Below the pieces are notes generated by a model. It saw nothing but the letters and a program-made list of their open reading frames with translations, ran no database searches and was not told the DNA's origin. A program made the translations under genes and the position numbers. A stretch of DNA of 64,000 bases from Octopus bimaculoides (taxonomy: Eukaryota): positions 72,599,761 to 72,663,760 of the forward strand of contig NC_068981.1 of the NCBI RefSeq assembly GCF_001194135.2, given 5' to 3'. Below, piece after piece: positions 26,560 through 39,285 of the stretch; position 1 is the stretch's first letter; each line of letters starts with the position of its first letter.

Positions 26560-26960
26560 CCACTTCAACGTTTACAGAAGAAAAAGTCAAGAGAAAAAGT
26601 CTACGCACAATCATTCTTAGAGCAATCACTGTTCCCACATTCGGTCAAGAGACGTACTCACACAAATACATGCATGTGTATTCAGACACACGCACACATA
26701 CACACAAAACGCATACGAACAATAACACCCTCATACATATTCACTATTAAAACTATCATAAATTATGCCTGTCCTAACTAATCATGCATTTTTTTTTACA
26801 ACCAGTCACTTATAGTAAACAACTAAGCTCACAAAATTACGCACTTCACATTGTATTAGACTGCACGTCGACATTAGCCAGATTCCCTACTACACAATCA
26901 AATAAAGCTACTTCTTAATAACTAAAACTCAATCACACACCGACACTGAGATACGTCTAG
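26560..26960 (+). mobile_element. LINE (I/Jockey-like) RT C-terminal fragment
   Basis: Frameshifted peptides ILRAITVPTFGQET, KTIINYACPN*, QNYALHIVLDCT and LLHNQIKLL follow the post-RT pattern LKAL..T.FGQ / S...YA.P.W / QN.ALR...GC. Confidence 0.55.
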
Positions 26961-27073
26961 CGCAGCCAAGTAAAACTACGACGGAGAAGCCTCCATACGA
27001 TCAACCGATTCGCTAGAAATAACACCGAAATCTCTTAGCAATCCCACTGTACCGTCTTAATATCATATATATA

Positions 27074-28103
27074 CGTCTGATCATATATATCATATGATAT
27101 ATATGATCAATAAGTATCTGGACTGTTACCATAGTAACGAAGCTAAAGCACGCAGTGTAAAGCCGCTTGATATAGATTGACCTTAAACTCTGCTGTGCAT
27201 ATGCACTAAATTTTAACATTCTATCTCACTTCCGCTGTTGACAGCAGTGCTTGGAAGGAAAGTGTGTTGCGTGTGATCGTCGCTTTGACCATGACAGAAT
27301 AAGTTGAGCAGAAAATTTGCATCAAATTTTGCCAAAAGCTTGGCGATATCTGCTCAGAGGTCTACGCAAATTATTCAGAAAGTTTTCATCGTTCTCGATA
27401 CAATCAAGGAAACCTGAGTGTGTTTTTGGTCAGCTGAAAGCAGTTTTGGCACGAGCTTGGAAGACACGCGTCTCATATCCAAATCGTCGGTGATAATGGA
27501 CTGAACTGAACCGTAAGTAATCCGCACATCCTCTGATAACTCACGGATAGTGGTTCGACGATTTCCCCTCCCACGCACATCTGCGATGTTTTTCTCAGTT
27601 CTGCTAGTTGCGAGTCTCCCAGAACGTTCGTCAATATCGATATTTTTTCAGCCATCTTGAAAAAAAACTTAGCGATACCTGCTCAGAGGCCTACGCAAAC
27701 TATTCAAAAAGTTTTCCTCGTTCTCGACACAATCAAGGAGATCTTGTGCAACTGAAAGCTGAGTGTGTTTTTGGTCAGCTGAAAGCATTTTTTCAGCCGT
27801 CTGAACCACTCGTACACTTGTGAGTGACTCATACACTCCTCTCCATATACTTTCTGCAACTTTGCGCAGACATCTGAGCAAGTATCGCCATGACAACTTT
27901 CTCTATCATGATTAATGCGACGATCACACGCTACACATGTTCTTTCCAAGCACTGCTGTAAACAGCGGAAGTGAGATAGGGTGTTAAAACTTAGTGCACA
28001 TGCACAGCAGAGTTCGGGGTCAGTTTTTGCCAAGCGGCTTCATTCTGCATGTTTCAGCTTCGTTACTATGGCAACAGTCCTGATACTTATTGATCAGACT
28101 TCG
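27074..28103. mobile_element. Rearranged mariner: two 5' ends facing inward
   Basis: Both ends carry TIR (CGAAG)TCTGATCAATAAGTATC plus the same leader; plus strand MTE*VEQKICIKFCQKLGD; minus strand LQKVYGEECMSHSQVYEWFRR and RRTTIRELSEDVRITYGSVQSIITDDLDMRRVSSKLVPKLL. Confidence 0.9.
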
Positions 28104-28230
28104 TGTGCGTGATATTTATTGATAGACTTCGTGGTTGTTCGTGGGTGCGCGTGTGTGGATGTGTGTGTGCCTGTGTGTGTGAGTGTGTGTAAGTGTGTGT
28201 GTGTGTGAAATACAGAAATACAGAGACACT

Positions 28231-29154
28231 GGATAATGTAGAGATCTTTTTGGGTTTTTTCACTGTCTATAATTTTGTTCCAATTGTTTTTAAATTTGGC
28301 ATATGGATTAAGCTATGTATATTAATTATGAAAACAATTTATTTTCCCTATAAATCCATTATTAAAATATTATTAGCCTTTAACATTTGCAAAATTTGGG
28401 TATTTTAGCTAATCAGAAGCAAGTATTTTACACATCACAGTGCGAAATCTACGTAAGCAAAGAAGCACTACGTGTTCCATAGCTGATTGCGAAGAACTCT
28501 GTTTCCATAGTAAGCAAAGATGCTGCGCATGCACACAAAGAATGTAACCACCACTTGTTCTATAGTTGTTTGTTTTCATAATAGATGGGACTCACATTCA
28601 ACAAATTGAAAGTACCTGGGCATCTTTAAAGCGTGGAAACAATCGCCGGTGTGGGACACACCATTCCATGGTTGACTCTTATCTTTGTAAATTTATGTGG
28701 AGAAGGAGATATGAGAAAGATAATTTATTTTATAAAACCCTAGAGTGTATTGCAAACTTTCGTACTTGAATATTTTAAACTAATAATTGTCTGTTTTAAG
28801 CAATGTTTGACTCATTTCTAGCAACACCTGTTGGTTTGCCTGTTGCTTTTAAATATTTAATTTTCTCGTAAATGTTTTAATGGTTTTCGCTGTTTACTGT
28901 AGCTAGTTTAATGTTTTGACATGCCGGTCCATCTCCCACCCGGTGATAGAAGAGGCAGCGAACGCGCTGTTTTCTGTTAGGCTAAAAATTCTGAAAACTT
29001 TCAACACCTGTAACATTTTCGCAAATTTTTTTCTGGAATAAATGAATAACGAATTCGTATCCGGCGTCAAAAATTACATCTATGTGATACATAAAATTTT
29101 TTGTAAAGATTTCGACATGCAGTGACGAAAATTACAAAGATCCTAGTATAGTCC
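28231..29154 (+). mobile_element. Merlin / IS1595 (ISXO2-like) DNA transposon fossil
   Basis: GTHIQQIESTWASLKR...GTHHSMVDSYLCKFMWRRRY (28580-28765) matches the ISXO2-like transposase C-terminus; imperfect GG-initiated TIRs; flanks GAGACACT / TTAACACT match at 5 of 8 positions. Confidence 0.75.
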
Positions 29155-30896
29155 TTAACACTCCTAAAATGACAGCCACAAATGGAATCCCGTTGATTAC
29201 ACAGTTGCAATGATGTCGACACCCCAGACATTGTATATCCAACACATTTCAGAAAAACTCATAAGACATTTACCTAACTATAGCAGTGACATCAATAACA
29301 GCAGTTACCAGAAATAATATGCAAGGATGAACTCCATTGATGCTCAGTGTAGAGAAACTACTGCTGATCTTCATATATAAAATCACAATATAGCGCAGTA
29401 CACAGTAGGTTGCATTACCAAACCGAGGCATGGCATGTTTGGAATAATAGATCTGTAGAACCTATCCAAACATTCGAATTATTTACTATCGTATGTTTCT
29501 GCTTGTTAGGTACTAATATAGATGAACAATATTTTTAGTCTGAAACCGAAAACAGAAACGAAAGAGCAGTTGAACTGTTTTTTTCTTCATTCCTCAGAGC
29601 AATTATGTCATCGGTAACGTAAAGCTGAGTCGATCTCAGTCTAATATTTATTCGGATGTTGGAAATATATCTTTTTGATACATGTATGGTATTAAGAAAC
29701 TTCGACATCATTTTGATGTATTTTTTTTTCACATCTTGTCACNNNNNNNNNNNNNNNNNNNNNNNNNNNNNNNNNNNNNNNNNNNNNNNNNNNNNNNNNN
29801 NNNNNNNNNNNNNNNNNNNNNNNNNNNNNNNNNNNNNNNNNNNNNNNNNNNNNNNNNNNNNNNNNNNNNNNNNNNNNNNNNNNNNNNNNNNNNNNNNNNN
29901 NNNNNNNNNNNNNNNNNNNNNNNNNNNNNNNNNNNNNNNNNNNNNNNNNNNNNNNNNNNNNNNNNNNNNNNNNNNNNNNNNNNNNNNNNNNNNNNNNNNN
30001 NNNNNNNNNNNNNNNNNNNNNNNNNNNNNNNNNNNNNNNNNNNNNNNNNNNNNNNNNNNNNNNNNNNNNNNNNNNNNNNNNNNNNNNNNNNNNNNNNNNN
30101 NNNNNNNNNNNNNNNNNNNNNNNNNNNNNNNNNNNNNNNNNNNNNNNNNNNNNNNNNNNNNNNNNNNNNNNNNNNNNNNNNNNNNNNNNNNNNNNNNNNN
30201 NNNNNNNNNNNNNNNNNNNNNNNNNNNNNNNNNNNNNNNNNNNNNNNNNNNNNNNNNNNNNNNNNNNNNNNNNNNNNNNNNNNNNNNNNNNNNNNNNNNN
30301 NNNNNNNNNNNNNNNNNNNNNNNNNNNNNNNNNNNNNNNNNNNNNNNNNNNNNNTCCCTATGATCATTTGTTTATTTTTGCTGATGAAGATCCCATTTCT
30401 TTATCAGCTGACATTCAACAGGTATACCCAAAAATAGTCGAGAAATAATGACTCAATCTTGCAATGCAAAATATTTTGCTGTAAGGCTTTTCGGTAACAG
30501 GAGGAAATCGTTTTATATCAAACTTCACTTACTAGAGATGATGAGGTTATTATTTTCTTAAATATTATATATTTTCCCATAGGTTGTATGGTAATGAAAT
30601 TCACAGAAAGGAAATATAACAATATTTTCTGACACTTTGCTGTCCTTATTCTTATTGGTGTGGGATTCACTGAGTCTTGTTTGTAAATATGGTGTTACAA
30701 CACGTTAATCGTCACAAGAGAAGAACCAATGTTACCAACTTAGATCATAGGTCTGCTCGACAACGACAGCATTAAAAATGATGAAAGGAGAGAGGAAGAG
30801 AGAGAAGAAAAGATTGGATGAGAAGTGAGAGAAAGAAATAGAGAGATAGAAAGAGAAAGAAGGAGTTTGTGTGTGTATGAGTGTGTCTTTGTGCGT

Positions 30897-30935
<39 letters not shown>

Positions 30936-31404
30936 TGTGTGTGTTTGACAGGAGACGCTATTAATCGGGAAAATAAGACTGAGAAGTCATAGTCACCACT
31001 TGCGTTACATCTTTTACCTTATTTCTTTGACATTTTGCTACCAACAGAGAAAGTAACGACTTTGATGAGAAGAAGGGAATACAAGCACTATTTTCAATTT
31101 CATTAGAATGAGTATCCAACTTGATTTTCGCGTCCGTTTATCTATCTATTATTAGTAGTATGAGAAAATTTTCTTTTTGTAACTGTTGTAATTACATATC
31201 ATCCACCGGGCACCTCGTAGACACCTGAGATACATAACGGATGTGATGTTCTTAATTCAATGGATGATTATATGTCGTCGAGAAGAGCCATGACTGGATG
31301 AATTAAAAACAAACACGCCTAAACATAAGTGTTCAAAACTATGGTGTTTAAAAGATGATGGTGTTCTTCGTAAATCGGGCACAGTATCCATTAGGGTTAT
31401 TTTC

Positions 31405-31499
31405 TCTTCTTCTTCTTCTTCTTCTTTTTCTTCTTCTTCTTCTTCTTCTTCTTCTTCTTCTTCTTCTTCTTCTTCTTCTTCTTCTTCTTCTTCTTCTTT

Positions 31500-31559
<60 letters not shown>

Positions 31560-31570
31560 TTTCTTCTTCT
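31405..31570. repeat. Compound (TTC)n-(TAC)n microsatellite
   Basis: Direct reading. Confidence 0.97.
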
Positions 31571-31589
31571 TCCTTCATATTCTTCCTTC

Positions 31590-32720
31590 ATATTCCCTCA
31601 ATAGCATCACCAACCCATCCATGCGTTTAATTTTGCCTCTGTTCAAGATTAACACACCACACGTTTTCAATCCACACTTCATTCTTATGTCAGTACTAAG
31701 CCTAGCCATCATATAAACGAGGGAACTGACCTGGGACTCATTCTTACCGTACATTTTGAGGTTGTCCACGAATAAAAACTGCTTAACCTTTTGTTGGTGA
31801 CCCTTGAATTCTTACCCAGCCTTAGCTTTTCTCAAAATCATTGTTAGTGGTAGCACGCGAAGTATAAAAATCAGTCGGGACTGAGAGTCACCTTGAAATA
31901 TACTTCTTTTGATCTCTATTGTCCCTAAGCTTCTTCCATATCCTTTCAGTTCTGTCTTCCACTTCTTCATACTTTTTCCAAGGAATCGTTCGACATTAGA
32001 TGCAATAGCAAATAGATTCATACACTCCACTATCGAAAAATGTGGGATCATATTGTAGGCCTTATGTTAATCAATCCATAACATAGCCAAATTGGTTTTC
32101 CTTCTCTTGAAATCTTTAAGTACTCTTTTACTGTTTTGTTAATCAGAATTTGCTTCTTGTTACCTCTGCACTTATGCTTGTACCCACTCATCTGGTGAAG
32201 CTCAATTTCCTTTCAAGTGTCTGTTCATTGACTCTGTGGTTATTCCTGTCAATAACTTCCACATAAGTAGTAAGCATGTTATCGGTCTGGAGTTGTCTAC
32301 TGCATTCCCTTCTGCGATGTCATTCAAGCGTAAAACTGTCTTGTCCTTTGTCATCCACTCCAGTGGGCAGCATTTAACAAAGTCTTAAGTTTCTAAGCTA
32401 ATCGTGAATGACATTCACTACATCTTTTGATCCAGTAGCTTTGAACTCCGTCTGGTCCCGAAGTCTTTCAATCCCTCATCTTTTTGCTTGACTTGCTTCA
32501 CGTCCCTAACTGAAATATATAATTCTGCCTACTGTAGACAAAATGTTGTTTGTTTCAGTTCTTTTAACCATTCATCGTCCTTCTTGTGTTCCTCGTCTTT
32601 ACTCCAAACGTTTCCCCCAAATTTTTGGCTTTCACTGCTGTCTGGTATCACCACTTCATCTGTACACTCTCCAACTACCCTCACCTAAAGAGGCTAACCT
32701 GTGTCAGGCCTCAAACTGGT
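31590..32720 (-). mobile_element. R4/Dong-like (R2 group) LINE reverse transcriptase fragment
   Basis: IPDSSESQKF, DNSRPITCLLLMWKLLTG, MIPHFSIVECMNLF, IEIKRSIFQGDSQSRLIF, FVDNLKMY, GLKTCGVLILNRGK, in RT order, with stops and frameshifts. Confidence 0.9.
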
Positions 32721-33083
32721 ACTTCATATCCTATTATTAGTAGTAGTGTTACTATTACTATCACCACTATTACCGCCGTTATCACTTTATATTAGACATA
32801 AACTGAATCAGAAGAATACCATCAGAACGTGAATTTCATTGTTGATCAATATATGAAGCAGAACAATACCTGTCAATTCTATTTTCATCCTCCAGTTTTC
32901 TGATATGTTAAAAGTTGAATGAGAAGACACCTTACTGTTCTGCATCTAAGAACAATAACTGCTGAGCCGTGGTTCCACACTCACAAAAAATTTGGAACCA
33001 GAGTTTGAAATCAGAGCCCCACTACTGTGAAAAAACCTAAATCCGAAAGAAGAAGCACACTCTAAGATGCAGAGCTATATATA

Positions 33084-33242
33084 TTAAAAATGGAGAAGGC
33101 CGGTTTATGGGATTATCTTAGGTTTCCCGTCCATAAAGGGTTTAGCATTATGGCGAATCGGGATCTGATGATACGCCATAAAGCTAAACCCTTTATGAGC
33201 GGGAAACCTAAGGTAATACCATAAACCGACCTTACCCATTTT

Positions 33243-33245
<3 letters not shown>
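33084..33245. mobile_element. 162-bp palindromic (fold-back) element in a (TA)n context
   Basis: Core arms 33101-33155 and 33174-33228 pair at 50 of 55 positions; imperfect pairing extends to 33084/33245. Confidence 0.9.
33160..33220 (+). ncRNA. Type I hammerhead ribozyme with canonical core
   Basis: GGGAU-CUGAUGA-[stem II CGCCAUAAAG/CUUUAUGAGCG]-GAA-ACC-UAA-GGU-A^AUACC; predicted GUA cleavage after 33215; stem I pairs at 4 of 5 positions. Confidence 0.7.
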
Positions 33246-33283
<38 letters not shown>

Positions 33284-33287
<4 letters not shown>

Positions 33288-33520
33288 ACGGACTCTCCCG
33301 TCGTTAGACAACATATGATGATTCGGCAAGAAATTGCCGAACATCCACACAGACGATTTGTTTATAGTGATCAAATGTTTATGTACACATAAGCTCACTC
33401 CCTCCATCAAATCGGCATTACCTGTACAGGTGCACCGTGTGCCACATGTCAGATGACGAAACGGTCGCAGAGCAACGTCAAATGAAGTGCTTTGCTCAAG
33501 AACACAACGCAACCGGCTAA
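33284..33520 (-). mobile_element. tRNA-derived SINE, 5'-truncated (family of 43355-43652)
   Basis: Shares TTTGTTTATAGTGATC...CACTCCCTCCATCAAATCG...ATGAAGTG with 43355-43652. Confidence 0.8.
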
Positions 33521-34515
33521 TTCGTACATTACAAGTCCAATCTGTGAGTGGAAGAATAAAAATATGGAAGGCATTTCTCAAATTCCAAATGTGAATTTGT
33601 CTGTGTTAACTACATCCCAAAGACAGAGCCTTGTATCTTTGTTGGAAACCGACTCCATCCTCAGTGGAAGATTTATAATAATTAAAAAATAGAAGAGACA
33701 TATATACATAATAAAAGAGTATATATATATATATATATATATATATNNNNNNNNNNNNNNNNNNNNNNNNNNNNNNNNNNNNNNNNNNNNNNNNNNNNNN
33801 NNNNNNNNNNNNNNNNNNNNNNNNNNNNNNNNNNNNNNNNNNNNNNNNNNNNNNNNNNNNNNNNNNNNNNNNNNNNNNNNNNNNNNNNNNNNNNNNNNNN
33901 NNNNNNNNNNNNNNNNNNNNNNNNNNNNNNNNNNNNNNNNNNNNNNNNNNNNNNNNNNNNNNNNNNNNNNNNNNNNNNNNNNNNNNNNNNNNNNNNNNNN
34001 NNNNNNNNNNNNNNNNNNNNNNNNNNNNNNNNNNNNNNNNNNNNNNNNNNNNNNNNNNNNNNNNNNNNNNNNNNNNNNNNNNNNNNNNNNNNNNNNNNNN
34101 NNNNNNNNNNNNNNNNNNNNNNATATATATATAAATATAGCTATATATAGATGCACGTACAGAGGCGACATGCATACAGACCCATTGTATGATATACACC
34201 ATATATTATACATATATATATATATATATTTAGCTATATTCATATTTATATTTATATATGCACACACACACACACATGCAGACACACAGAGTTATTAAAC
34301 ATAACAGTGTTAACGTTGACTTGTATGTCACTTTCCTTTGGCTTAGTCACGTTTGCTTTTGTGTAGATTGCTGTAATCTAATTAGTTCACATAATGCCTG
34401 CATTTGTATTCGACAAGAAATTATTGTCCTTGATATTTATAACAATAGCAATACTAACATAATTTTTTCATGTATTCAATGAATTATTTTTGTTTAAACA
34501 GATTATTTAATGTGT

Positions 34516-34564
<49 letters not shown>

Positions 34565-34751
34565 TGTGCGCGCGCTTCTGTGTTTATGTTTGGGCGTCTG
34601 TGTATGGATTTATATTGGCAGACTGATAGATACATAGAAAAGTACATAGATAAGCAGATAGATTATTGAATCACTGGATAGATAGTCTGACAGCCAGATA
34701 GATAGACTGTTGAAAAGACAGAGAAATAGACAGATCTACACAGATAGACAA

Positions 34752-34789
<38 letters not shown>

Positions 34790-34954
34790 CTGACCGCCTA
34801 CACTTTTTTCTGCAAAATAGGGGTATCTTATCCTGTTCAGGCTATATTATTAGCATTATCTTGCGTTTGAGAATTTAAAATCACTTCTTTAACTTTCTAA
34901 GACATCTCAACGCTTCTAAAAGCAAACTCCGTTTGTTTGTTTACGTTCATCGTA

Positions 34955-34991
<37 letters not shown>

Positions 34992-34994
<3 letters not shown>

Positions 34995-35490
34995 GAAATT
35001 CAGAAAAACAGAAGTCGAAGACAGGTGTATGAACAATAAGCAAGTGTATTAGTTTGACACTCGGTAAAATGAAAAAGTCTTTTACGTTTCGAGCCTACGC
35101 TCTTCAACAGAAAGGAATAAGAGAAAATAAACAGAGACAGAATAAAAAAAAAACTTGTTGATTTCAGCAGTAAAAGAAGAAAAGGACAAAAAATAGAAAA
35201 AGTAAAAAAGGAGAGAGAAAGTCAAAGTATTCTCGTACGGAATATAAAAGTTCAGGAAGTTCAAAAAGTTCAAAAGTCGAGGTAGATTGGAGCGATTTAC
35301 ATGAACGAAAAAATACAGTGAAATCCTTGAAAGTAGAGTCAGTGGTAATCTGGGTGGAATGCTGGTATGTGGATGGAGAGAGGTGCTGAAAGTTGGGGAA
35401 GAGGTTCAGAAATGCAAATCCAAAGAGTAGGAAGTTTAGTCAGGATCAAACTGGGGAAACCACGTGAGCGTATAAAATATAGTTGAAAAA
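34992..35490 (-). mobile_element. PLE-like terminal-repeat fragment, second family
   Basis: 34992-35170 is highly similar to 39286-39465 and contains a minimal HHR; it ends in (TA)n; no RT is present. Confidence 0.6.
35079..35114 (-). ncRNA. Minimal hammerhead-like motif with variant core
   Basis: CUUU-CUGUUGA-A-GAGC-GUAG-GCUC-GAA-ACGU-A^AAAG: 4-bp stem I, 4-bp stem II, palindromic ACGU in place of stem III; U at core position 6. Confidence 0.65.
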
Positions 35491-35496
35491 TTGTAT

Positions 35497-35541
<45 letters not shown>

Positions 35542-35757
35542 AAATGCAAGAAATATAATTAGAAGCTGCCTCAACATATAAAGGATTAACGAAAAACACA
35601 AGAGATCGTGGATTTTCAGTAATGAAACAATTATTTAAATCTAGGGAATCCTCATAACTCACTGATTGAAAACGAATTAATACACGAAGCAGCCAAAACT
35701 TTTGCACATAGCAATCACACACATATAAATATACACATATACATACGCACACATTCG

Positions 35758-35802
<45 letters not shown>

Positions 35803-35821
35803 ATATATATATAAGTGTTAA

Positions 35822-36076
35822 GGTGAGTTTAAAGTTACAAGGGAAAATTCGAAAAACATGGTTAAACGATCAAATTATCATAACAATTTGATACATATCT
35901 AGTTGTTAATATAACTCAATATTATTGGACTTTCAATCATATATGACCGTTATGAACTTCATTGAACATTTGATCTTATATCACTGTCTATCTCTGTGAA
36001 ATTCATTGGAATTTCTGTGAACATTTGATCATCTAAACAAGTTTCTCCAAATTTTCCTTGTAACTTTAAACTCACC
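35822..36076. mobile_element. MITE, ~255 bp, with ~55-bp imperfect TIRs
   Basis: GGTGAGTTTAAAGTTACAAGG(G)AAAATT... at left and ...AATTTTCCTTGTAACTTTAAACTCACC at right; the outer 21 bp are identical. Confidence 0.85.
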
Positions 36077-36488
36077 CGAATCCGTTTCTTATCGATTTTT
36101 TCATTTTTGCTATTGATAAACAATAAGCTGTCGAAATCGGTTTGGTATTTGAATACATCTATTACAAAATTTTAAAGCGACTACATGTGCTGAGACTCAG
36201 GTGCCTTTTCAAACACCAAAACCAGTTCTTCTATATTCCTTCCTGCATGGGAAACACTTCTTCTTTTTCATGATAGCTGTAAGGTACTACGATTTCTTTT
36301 TTGTGTTTGTCAGTTTCCTTAAAGACAGAAAACAGTTTTTTGTTTTGTTCGTGTTTTGTGACTATTTGTCTCAGTTTGCCTTGCTTCTGAAGTAGTTATT
36401 TCTGTAATCCTACGTCGGTTATTTTATAATAGTTTTCTATCTGTATAAAGCCTTCAACACCTTCGATACATTGTATATATAACCCTCA

Positions 36489-36614
36489 TTCTTCTTCTTC
36501 TTCTTCTTCTTCTTCTTCTTCTTCTTCTTCTTCTTCTTCTTCTTCTTCTTCTTCTTCTTCTTCTTCTTCTTCTTCTTCTTCTTCTTCTTCTTCTTCTTCT
36601 TCTTCTTCTTCTTC
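36489..36614. repeat. (TTC)42 perfect microsatellite
   Basis: 126-bp uninterrupted run. Confidence 0.97.
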
Positions 36615-37453
36615 TATAAATAAAATTATAAATAAAATTTTAAGGTGGAAAAGACTTCCCAAACTGATACTCAGAGATTCAAGCAGCCGATCATCAGACA
36701 GCCAAGAGCTTGTAGAATAATATGATAACTCATAAATGCTTATAAACGGTGCAGTGATAGTTATTTAGCAACTCATCAAGTAAACGTTAAAAAACAAATC
36801 CATATTGAACTAACAAGTGAATAATATAAATCATCTATATACATGAAAATAGGTATATTAATTGCAACAAAGAAAAAGGCTTTGTAGAAATCGAGAGTTT
36901 GAGAAAAATATATCGTAAATGATAAAGATTATAATTGAGAATTATGGGAAGAGCGAATGCGTATCACGAAAAGCAAATAGATAATTCCTTCTAATTTTGC
37001 CGCAAGCCAAGTAAAGTTTTAGAAGGGCGAAGTTGATTACTTGACCAGTATCATATCAAACAGTTGTCATTAAACAGGTAGTCACTAGGGGCATTACAAT
37101 TGCACCTTGGGCTGTTATAATATCCGTGAAGTTTACAGAACCTGCTCACAAGCGAGGCAAAGTTTTCGTCATAAGAATGGATAATTTACGGTTCTTTGTA
37201 AACATGATAATAATTGTAACCCTTGGAAAAATACCTAGATACGAAATTTAAAATTCGTCTAGCTACATTGATATTTACACAAGATGTTGGATTGAGCCAG
37301 CAAAGCTTTCTAGATCTAGTTCCGCGAGATTTCCCGGGATTGTTTTCACTGCTAACTCAACGGATCAGCTCGTAGAATTCTCTATTCCTAAGGGCACCAT
37401 TGTAGTAAAAAGGGGATGTCTTTATACGAAGCCAAGGAAGAGCTTGTGTTTTG

Positions 37454-37491
<38 letters not shown>

Positions 37492-37733
37492 NNNNNNNNN
37501 NNNNNNNNNNNNNNNNNNNNNNNNNNNNNNNNNNNNNNNNNNNNNNNNNNNNNNNNNNNNNNNNNNNNNNNNNNNNNNNNNNNNNNNNNNNNNNNNNNNN
37601 NNNNNNNNNNNNNNNNNNNNNNNNNNNNNNNNNNNNNNNNNNNNNNNNNNNNNNNNNNNNNNNNNNNNNNNNNNNNNNNNNNNNNNNNNNNNNNNNNNNN
37701 NNNNGTGTGTGTGCGTGCGTGCGTGAGTGTGTT

Positions 37734-37785
<52 letters not shown>

Positions 37786-39285
37786 CGTGTGTGTGCGTGT
37801 GTGTGCGTGAAGTGTATTTCGGGGAAAGGTATACCTCTCGGTAATAAATCAAATAAATCAGCGCTTTGATTAAAAACACACCGTGTCGATTATTCGGTCC
37901 GAATTGTTGCACAAACACTTATTTGCCATTCTTATCAAGGAATTGCATCCAGCACGTATTTGATTTGATGGAAATCTGTAATACATGAGGCCATTATTCG
38001 CAAAATTTCTGTTATAAAATAAGAATAAAAGATGTGTTTCAGTGAGTGTGTTGTATACATGTTATTGTGCAGGCATGTTTTTTTCTACTTTATTAAATGA
38101 ATACTAATTCTCCCGAATCGGGCATAGGTGTTGTTAATCAAATATAAAATAGGTTTATCATTGATGTTGATTTTCTTATGACACACAAAAAAGAAATCGA
38201 TTTTATTATCAGAAAATATTTCTTTCCAGCTGAAGTGATTAATTTGTATTACAAACACGTCTTAGTAACTTTCTTTGCTTATGGCGTGTTATTTTGCATT
38301 AATTTGATGCATACACAAGGAAGATTCTAATCTGTTGCCATCAGAGAAATATAGGACAGCTAGCTAAATATCATAAATGAAAGGCAGGTTCTAATTACTA
38401 CAGAAAAACATCTTGATAAACCGTGTAGTAGTATATAAAACTATGGCAATGTTTCTGAAAGATCTTTCGAATCGGAAATTAAATTATGTACACATACAGT
38501 CACGAAAAAAAAAGAAAACAAAACAAAAGAAGCTTATAAACAAATAGGATTTCATTTTCATATATCAGTTATCAGTTCTATATTAAAACGAAATTATCTA
38601 TGATAAAAGATGCATATCATTAAACAAAACTATATCTAAAGATTTAGATTGGATATTTTTATCCAACCTGTCATGCAATTCTTTGAAATATCACGAGTAT
38701 CTTATAAAGCAAAGTGGCCTTGAATCAATTTTTTTTCATCCTGCAGGTTTGACGCTATGGGTTTCAAATAACATACTTTTAAATTTGAAATATTGCTTTT
38801 GTCCATCAGAATTTTTGTAAAATTTTGTTATAGGAATTTCGGAGTTGCATTATTAAAAATTTTCATTACATTTACCAAACTATAACAAATGAAATGACGT
38901 AAAACATATATTCTAAATCTAATATATTATTTCCTTTATAGGTAAGTGTCTCAGCTAAAAGCCCTTCAAATAATGAAATGATGAAAGGAAATTTCAAATG
39001 TCATTCGAAGCTGGATAGAAAGAGGTATTTTGAAATATTCTTTTTTGTACTTTATGTATCTAATACTTTTTCAATATATTTCCCACTATGTCCTCTGAGA
39101 AGCAATATAACAGGGGAAAAGATGTAGCGATTGTAAAGAAACTGTCGACAATGTGTAATATACAGTGATAAATAAGTAAAATATAGTGATAAAAAATATG
39201 TGCACATGGTCTTGATAAGCTTTCTCATTAAATTGTTCTACAACTCCACCTTCAGTTTAATGCGGAACATGCACTAAAATGTTCT

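Noticed and set aside
37264-37445. Open frame containing FSIPKGTIV, resembling a cytochrome P450 motif
   Set aside because: No ExxR, PERF or haem-binding motif nearby, and no good splice context.
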